A stretch of 64,000 nucleotides of DNA from Octopus vulgaris (Eukaryota), in assembly GCA_951406725.2 (NCBI GenBank), contig OX597819.1, forward strand, positions 117,552,001-117,616,000, given 5' to 3'. Both the position numbers and the translations under genes were made by a program. This document shows positions 57,039 through 64,000 of this stretch, piece after piece. The notes beneath the pieces were generated by a model, which ran no database searches, was not told the origin of the DNA, and worked only from the letters and a program-made list of their open reading frames with translations. Every line of letters starts with the position of its first letter. Position 1 is the stretch's first letter.

Positions 57039-57322
57039 GTTTTTTTTTTTTGTGACGGACGTTGGTTTTTGTTGCTGCGTTGAGAATCAATTTACTCAGA
57101 CCTTATCGGGTCTGAGTTATCTTAAGCGGAGGAGGAGCTCGTGAGGGTGGTTTTAAAGATGGATGGAATGTTGGAAAAGACAAGGAGTTTTGCAGAAGTC
57201 TCGGAGATGAAGCGAAGAGAGTTGGACTTGACTGATCTGAAAGTTTATGAGAAGATATAGCAGAAAGTGGGATGGGACGTGAGATTGTGCCCCCACCCAA
57301 GGGATTGTGGTTCACCGCCTTA
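57039..57322 (-). mobile_element. Poly(A)-tailed retroposed fragment with 3' hairpin, abutting a family B SINE head (56978-57022)
   Basis: GC-richer segment; 9-bp stem ACTCAGACC 57094-102 / GGTCTGAGT 57109-117; T run at 57039-57051. Confidence 0.45.
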
Positions 57323-59559
57323 TATATATATATATATTAAAAGCATAAATACATGTAAATACCCACAACGTCTCATGTATTTGTATGAACAATATGCTCT
57401 ATCGTTTCAGCTTCCGTAATTTTACGAAAACTCATAGATATTTCAGGAATGTTTACAATTTAAAAAAATATTTAAATATTATATCAAAGTGACTTTATGC
57501 TTCTAGATTATGCATTTTTAAAACTCTTTTAACGCTTTAATGTACCTCTGATGAGGGAAATGTTAACTGCTACGCTCTGTCATGTCCGCATTCGAATAAT
57601 TTAACCAATAGAATGTAAAATATAAGGTTTAAAAAATTATTGTTATCCTGAGAAATTGGAATTTATAACCAAAGATTTTAAATAATGAAAGGAATATTGA
57701 GTGTGTATGCCTTGAGACACAATCTTAAAAATTGTCACACAGTACTTACACTGGCTTCCATTCCTCCATTGAGCAAGCCAATTCTTTATCGTATTGATGG
57801 AGGTTCTAATCTCACCAATGTGCAGACATATTCTGATACTTGGAAGAAGAGATTGATTCTTCGTGTTTGAGTAACAATTGTTTAAGAAATGACAATGAAT
57901 AGTCGCCCATAAAACCATTTAGCACATAGAACGTAACGTGTAGTGTATCATTTGTCGTATTTATATAAACGTAGTTGCAATATAAACTTGAAGATAGCAA
58001 AGAAAGGTGCAATTTCTTGACAAGCAACCTGTAAGTAAGGAGACGGAAGAAACAAGTAGGTTTATTACATTACATTGAAAATTGTATAAGAATTTCAGTA
58101 TCTTGAAAGAGAGTAAGAAAAGGCAGGCCTGTCGACGCTGAGGGAAACCCGATATTTTCATGAAGGGATATATAACTAAAGAACTAGAATGAAATATAAA
58201 ATGAGTTGTGTAATGTGTAATCGTATTACAGGTTCTTTGAATGACACCAAGTAGATTTTGCTGGTGGAATAAATGAGATAGAAGCCATATTTAATGCTGT
58301 TGTTCACGGAGGAAAGTAGATTTTAAGATGTAAGATTCAAAAATGAAGAGGCCACAGTAGGAGTTTGGTAATACATGTTTCTTATAATTTAGAACTACAT
58401 CCGAAAGTGGGAACACGGTTCGGAAGTTCCAGAAGTTTTATGGAGTGTAGAACCAATTCAGTTCTAACGTCTACTCTTACTCAGTAATAACCACAGCTGA
58501 CAGCAAGCCAGCTTTGGGTTAAATGAAATGACACCACCTACGCTAGAGTACGGTGATATCATGCAAATGAACAAATAACAGCATTTCAACAAGTACTTTG
58601 AGCAAGCTACTGCGATCATCTCTAGCCATTGTGTGCGCAGACGAGATATTTGAGCTAGCGAAAGACCAATGAGAATGAAATCCAAGACAGGTGTCCGTCG
58701 TGCATCATTCGATAGTGATTTCTGGCGTGGCATACCGCCATATATCCGAGCCTGACCTGATACATTCACACATACACACATATGCATGCATACACGCGTG
58801 AAGTGTACACACACATATGCCCCACTCCACAGTAGATATATGCCAGAAAATGTCAAAACATATGAAAAATGAATACAGTTATTTAACTACATGGCATCCT
58901 TAAGTTAACAGCTGTTTCTCAGCTATCTTCATGTGGCAATAATTTCAACATGGATTGCAATTATGCCTAAATCTTTGAATTAACATGGTTTCCATATAGC
59001 ATACAATGCAGATTTATATTTACAAATCGATTCAGATAAAGAAAAGTAGTTCATTAGGTTATCGCAACATGAAGGTTGCACCACGGATTCAAACCAGATT
59101 TGAATCGTCGTGTAAACAATGATGTTTGAGGCAAATATGATGTGTAACCATAATTTCATTTTGACACTTAAATTTTTAACTTCACGGAGATGGATAGTAA
59201 AAGTTCGTAATTATAAGGATACGAAATGATGAGATAAATACAGTCATATTTCATACCTCCTGACATTTTATGATATACATATACATCATGAAGTAATTTT
59301 ATTGATCGGATCTTCTTGATTTCAGCTGTATACATAAGCACTCTGTTTTAAACTTCCATTTATTGATTTGAAAGTCCTGTCCGCCAGAGATAACTGTGAT
59401 AATCATACGGTTCCCTGAAACCACAACTTATGCAACACACAAATACACACACACACACACACACAAGCACACACACACACACACACTTATGTAATTGCTC
59501 CGCATTGTCACATCAATCTTCACTGTTTGATTTTTGATGTAATCTCATTTTGTTTTGCT

Positions 59560-59968
59560 TGAGTCTTGAATTTACTTTTCCCAGGCGATTCCGGATGTTT
59601 CGACTCGACTCCATACTCTGCACTTTAGATTCTATCCGCAAGTAATAAACCCAAATCTCTTCCCCTTGTATCTGTCGAGAAAGACTTAACATATCTCCAC
59701 AAAATTGCTTATATGCGCTTCAGTAAACTCTCTGGCACGTATTTCGCACAGACATTACTGCCATGATTTTGTATGAAGTATGACTTATTTGCAGGAAACA
59801 TGCCAACTCATTGAGGATCATTGGTCGGTTCGTGACGATCATATCACTAATATCTTGAACTGTCACATCAATGGTGAAGTTAGATCGGCCCCTGTCCGTC
59901 ACTTCGTGCTTCAGGCTTGTGCAGCCATTTTTGAACTTTTCACTTCGTTCATATGTGGTCATGTGGCC

Positions 59969-59970
<2 letters not shown>
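59560..59970 (-). pseudogene. Mariner transposase HTH remnant
   Basis: YERSEKFKNGCTSLKHE..GRS..ISDMIVTNRPMILNELACFLQISHTSYKI, then CAKYVP (WVP motif) in another frame. Confidence 0.6.
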
Positions 59971-60002
<32 letters not shown>

Positions 60003-60126
60003 CATCCCAATCAAGGAACGGCCATAATAGGCCATTCACCCACTAGAAATAACAGCCAAAGCTTCAACCGCAAAATAACATTAATTCCGTAAACCAGGAG
60101 AAAATTAAAAAAACATTTACCCTGTA

Positions 60127-60233
60127 ATTTCTTATACGATGCACCGTTTCATCTACTGTTTAATGGTAAACTAACCTGATTAAATTAAATCAACCCAATC
60201 TTCCATAGGCCCTTAGATTCGTCAGTAAGAAAT
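60127..60233 (-). ncRNA. Type I hammerhead ribozyme (copy 1)
   Basis: Same motif 488 bp from copy 2; TCGTCAG (CUGACGA on minus) at 60219-60225. Confidence 0.88.
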
Positions 60234-60614
60234 AGCCAGATCGGAACAGATATTTTCACGAGGCATTTCTGTCCCTGCCTCGGCAATATCTGACCTAAAA
60301 TTTTCAAATCATCGCACTTGCGCCAAATTTATCGGCAGCAAATAAATATAAGCCGCCGATTCCATTACGGAATTAACCAGAAAATTCATAATTAATCAAT
60401 ATAGGGTGGCAAAAAATTTTGTAGAATTTTTTTGCCACCAGCGGCCTAGTGGGAAAAAATTAAATAGTCATAGACCATTTTTAAGTTCAACATCACAATC
60501 AAGGAACGGCCATAATAGGCCATTCACCCACTAGAAATAACAGCCAAAGCTTCAACCGCAAAATAACATTAATTCCGTAAACCAGGAGAAAATTAAAAAA
60601 ACATTTACCCTGTA

Positions 60615-60721
60615 ATTTCTTATACGATGCACCGTTTCATCTACTGTTTAATGGTAAACTAACCTGATTAAATTAAATCAACCCAATCTTCCATAGGCCC
60701 TTAGATTCGTCAGTAAGAAAT
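60615..60721 (-). ncRNA. Type I hammerhead ribozyme (copy 2)
   Basis: Reverse complement of 60834-60940 with core and stems intact. Confidence 0.88.
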
Positions 60722-60833
60722 AGCCAGATCGGAACAGATATTTTCACGAGTGCGATGATTTGAAAATTTTAGGTCAGATATTGCCGAGGCAGGGACAGAA
60801 ATGCCTCGTGAAAATATCTGTTCCGATCTGGCT

Positions 60834-60940
60834 ATTTCTTACTGACGAATCTAAGGGCCTATGGAAGATTGGGTTGATTTAATTTAATCAGGTTAGTTTA
60901 CCATTAAACAGTAGATGAAACGGTGCATCGTATAAGAAAT
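60834..60940 (+). ncRNA. Type I hammerhead ribozyme (copy 3)
   Basis: Stem I ATTTCTTA 60834-41 / TAAGAAAT 60933-40; core CTGACGA 60842-48; stem II ATCTA 60849-53 / TAGAT 60912-16; GAAA 60917-20; stem III ACGG-tgca-TCGT; cleavage triplet GTA 60930-32. Confidence 0.88.
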
Positions 60941-61194
60941 TACAGGGTAAACGTTTTTTTAATTTTCTCCTGGTTTACAGAATTAATGTTATTTTGCGGT
61001 TGAAGCTTTGGCTGTTATTTCTAGTGGGTGAATGGCCTATTATGGCCGTTCCTTGATTGTGATGTTGAACTTAAAAATGGTCTAGGACTATTTAATTTTT
61101 TCCCACTAGGCCGGTGGCAAAAAAATTCTACAAAATTTTTTGCCACCCTATATTGATTAATTATATATATATATATATATATATTCGCTATGAT

Positions 61195-61381
61195 AGATCG
61201 CTAGCCACTACACATCCTTTATTTTCTCTCCTTGTTTCTTTCTGTGTTCCTTTCTGTGGAAGAGCGTAGGATCGAAACGTTAAAGACTTTTTCACTTCCC
61301 GAGCCTTACACTAATACATATCTGTTTGTAGTCTACACCACCTGTCTTCGTCTTTTGTTTTTTTCTTGTGAATTCTCCCTA
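61195..61381 (+). mobile_element. Copy of the same pLTR-like repeat (motif 61250-61286), between (TA)n runs
   Basis: CTTT-CTGTGGA-a-GAGC-gtag-GATC-GAAA-CG-TT-AAAG; colinear with 45125-45330. Confidence 0.65.
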
Positions 61382-61596
61382 TATATATATATATATATGT
61401 TGCCAAAAAAGGTAGGGTTACTTTTATTCAATTATCTCTCTTTCGCATTCATATATTAACAGTTTAGACCTTAATTATGAAAATATTATGAAAACGTTCT
61501 GTGCTAATTTAATTGATTTTGATTTTGTGAAGCTCTCTTTCCATGTTGTAATAATTATTATTTTCATTTTTTTACAGGTGCTGTAAACTGTGAGGC

Positions 61597-62090
61597 ATGG
61601 CAAACACTTTGAATCAGGAGCAAAGACAGTGGATACTGAAGCTGTATTAAAAGCCTGAAAATGCCGAACAGGTCCGCAAAGCATGACAAGAAGCCTTTGA
61701 CACTCCTCCACATTCACGAGAAACAATTTATCAGATAATAAATAATTTTGATACCACAGGCTCAGTGAGTAATGCACCAAAAGCTGGACACCCTAAGACT
61801 TCTGTGACTGAAATAAATTAGATGTTAGTGGCACTGACAGTTTTAAACAGTCCAAAGAATTCCACACAACGTGCGTCTCTAGAACTAACCTTACCAAGAA
61901 CATCATGGCAGCACCTAATGCATTAGCTGAAATTAAAACCTTTCCGTTTACGACTTGTACATGATCTTTAGGGAGACGACTGATATAGTCTGCTGCAATT
62001 CGGCGAAATGAGGCGTAATCAAATTACTAAAAAGCAACCACACTAAATGGATAAGATCATCTGGTCAAATGAGGCTTGCTTCATATTTAC
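61597..62090 (+). pseudogene. Tc1/mariner-superfamily transposase N-terminal remnant (DUF4817-type HTH)
   Basis: MANTLNQEQRQWILKLY*..PPHSRETIYQIINNFDTTGSV..PKAGHPKT..SPKNSTQRAS..LKLKPFRLRLVHDL..IIWSNEACF (WSDEA motif); several stops. Confidence 0.75.
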
Positions 62091-62119
62091 ATGTATACGT
62101 ATATACATATGCATATGTG

Positions 62120-62928
62120 GGCAGAGGACGTCACAAAATATATAGAGCAAAAAATACGAAGTACAACCACATGGAATATGGGCTTTTTTTTGGCAAGACA
62201 AGAAACACAAGGAACGACAGTTCATCAGTTGTCGGCTGTTTTTCTAGTCCGTATTTCGAGCAATTCAATACAAGATGCGTCCTCGATAAAACAGTTGCTC
62301 CCGCAAAGCAAAGGAAACATAATTTGCGATGTTGCAGAGGTTCAAGATTGGTAACAAAAAGAGGACAGTGAGAACACACAGGAAGGACTGCTAAGCCTAA
62401 ACGAGGTTGTGGTGGCGAACGCGAAGGAACACGGCTGGACAGGAGACAGAGAACAACACGTCTTCCTTCTTCAGCTGAAAAAGGAAGGAAAAAAGAAACA
62501 CAAGGTGGAGAATAGCTGATTGTCACGTGGGGGCCACGTGAGCAAAGAAGGCAGAGTGAAGGAGAACTGTAAATGGGAGAGGAAAAGATTTGGAGACACG
62601 ATAAAATAGAAAAGAGAAGAGAGAGAGAGGGAGAAGGGGAAGCAGGAGAAAGGAAGAGAGAAAACACAGGAGTAGAAGGATAGAAGAGAAGGAGAATGTG
62701 AAATAAAAGGATAAGAGAAAGGGAGAAAGAAAACGAGAGAATAAAACGTAGAATACTGGGAGAAGACGAGGTAAACGAATAAGAGAAAAGAACGGAGAAA
62801 TCGAAAGAGTAAAAAGATAGAATAGTGGGAGAAGAGAGAAAAAGCGAAAAGAATACAGAATAAAGAGTAGCATCGGAGTTATTAAGATAAAACTTACTTG
62901 GAAAAGGATGCGTGACGTTCAATCACAT

Positions 62929-62935
<7 letters not shown>
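62120..62935 (-). mobile_element. Non-autonomous (TA)n-associated repeat, probably Penelope-like
   Basis: 62130-62375 is homologous to both arms at 63309-63822, and 62860-62935 is the reverse complement of 63835-63910. The purine-rich middle explains the spurious 263-aa ORF. Confidence 0.55.
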
Positions 62936-63300
<365 letters not shown>

Positions 63301-63308
63301 CATATATA

Positions 63309-63822
63309 GGTACAATACATCACTAACCGTAAACAACATGAAATACGAAAATAATGAGAGAAATAAATGGAAAAGAAGACATGTAACACAAAGAACGACC
63401 CTTCATCAGTTGTTGGATGTCTGTATACTCCTTACTTCGAATATTAAACGACAAAATGAGTCTTCGAAGACAATTGTTCCCATAAGTACCAAAATAAAGT
63501 GTGGGATTTATGGAGGGTCAACGCTGGGCACAAAAACAGGACAGTGGAGACAGGCAAAGAACCTGTTCTCCTTTTGTCCCCAAATCTAACCTTCCATAAA
63601 TCCCAAATTTTATTTTGCTACTTATGGGAGCAACTGCCTTCGTAGGCTCATAGTGTCGTTCAAGGCTTGAAATGAAGAGTAGATAGACAGTCAACAACTG
63701 ATGAAGGGTTATTCTTCGTGTTACTTATCCTGCTTTCCATTAGTTTCTCTTCTTGTTTGCGTACTAAACTCATTTGTCTTCGTATTTCATGATTTTTACT
63801 TTTAGTAACGTCATGTACCTAT
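63309..63822. repeat. Diverged ~220-bp inverted repeat of the same family, between (TA)n runs
   Basis: e.g. acccttcatcagttgttg (63398) vs caacaactgatgaagggt (63692); ttcccataagta vs tacttatgggag; gggatttatggagg vs cttccataaatccc. Confidence 0.8.
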
Positions 63823-63831
63823 ATATATATA

Positions 63832-64000
63832 TTATTTATATTATCATTTGATTGAACGCCACGCATCCATTTCCAAGTATGGTTATCTTAATCTTCTTGA
63901 TGCGACTTTATACTGGTTTCTCCCCATCGATTTCTCTCCCATCCTTTTCTCTAATCCCTTTTTCTCCCCTTCACCGTTTTCTATCTCTCTCTCTCTCTCT
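63832..64000 (+). mobile_element. Start of another copy of the 62120-62935 family (runs off the window)
   Basis: gattgaacgccacgcatccatttccaagta..ttatcttaat matches the reverse complement of 62880-62924. Confidence 0.6.

Larger units (their letters stand above)
60001..61164. mobile_element. Non-coding hammerhead-bearing repeat (retrozyme / Penelope pLTR-like): 488-bp unit, partial tandem copy and inverted copy, inside (TA)n
   Basis: 60001-60262 recurs at 60489-60750 (offset 488). 60805-61164 is the reverse complement of 60388-60750. (TA)n flanks at ~59972-60000 and ~61162-61182. The ORF track shows no ORF >=60 aa within it. Confidence 0.85.

Noticed and set aside
57750-57838. Possible minus-strand exon (ttcttccaAG ... 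GTAAGT; IRICLHIGEIRTSINTIKNWLAQWRNGSQ)
   Set aside because: The splice signals are plausible, but I recognise no homology or partner exons; RNA-seq is needed.
62131-62922. 263-aa S/L/F-rich ORF resembling a membrane protein
   Set aside because: It comes from the pyrimidine-rich strand of a repeat element and has no domain motifs.

Overview
AT-rich, microsatellite-dense eukaryotic (animal) DNA. The tRNA-derived SINE families suggest an octopus or other coleoid cephalopod, but that is inferred from repeat appearance only. I recognise no host protein-coding gene, and most ORFs in the track are translations of (TA)n/(CA)n/(AAT)n microsatellites. The window is a transposon graveyard: decayed Tc1/mariner transposases, two CR1-clade LINE RT fragments, several R4/Dong-type LINE fragments in (TAA)n repeats, RTE remnants, and many copies of three tRNA-SINE families. 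The most interesting signal is a set of non-coding mobile elements carrying hammerhead ribozyme (HHR) motifs in Penelope-like tandem and inverted arrangements. (i) A young 488-bp unit at 60.0-61.2 kb holds three near-identical canonical type I HHRs, two tandem and one inverted, inside a (TA)n repeat, and is a retrozyme/circRNA candidate. (ii) A palindromic element at 14.6-15.2 kb fuses a Pol III tRNA-type promoter to a minimal HHR. (iii) A four-copy family has minimal HHRs with a non-canonical core. All coordinates and folds were read by eye.
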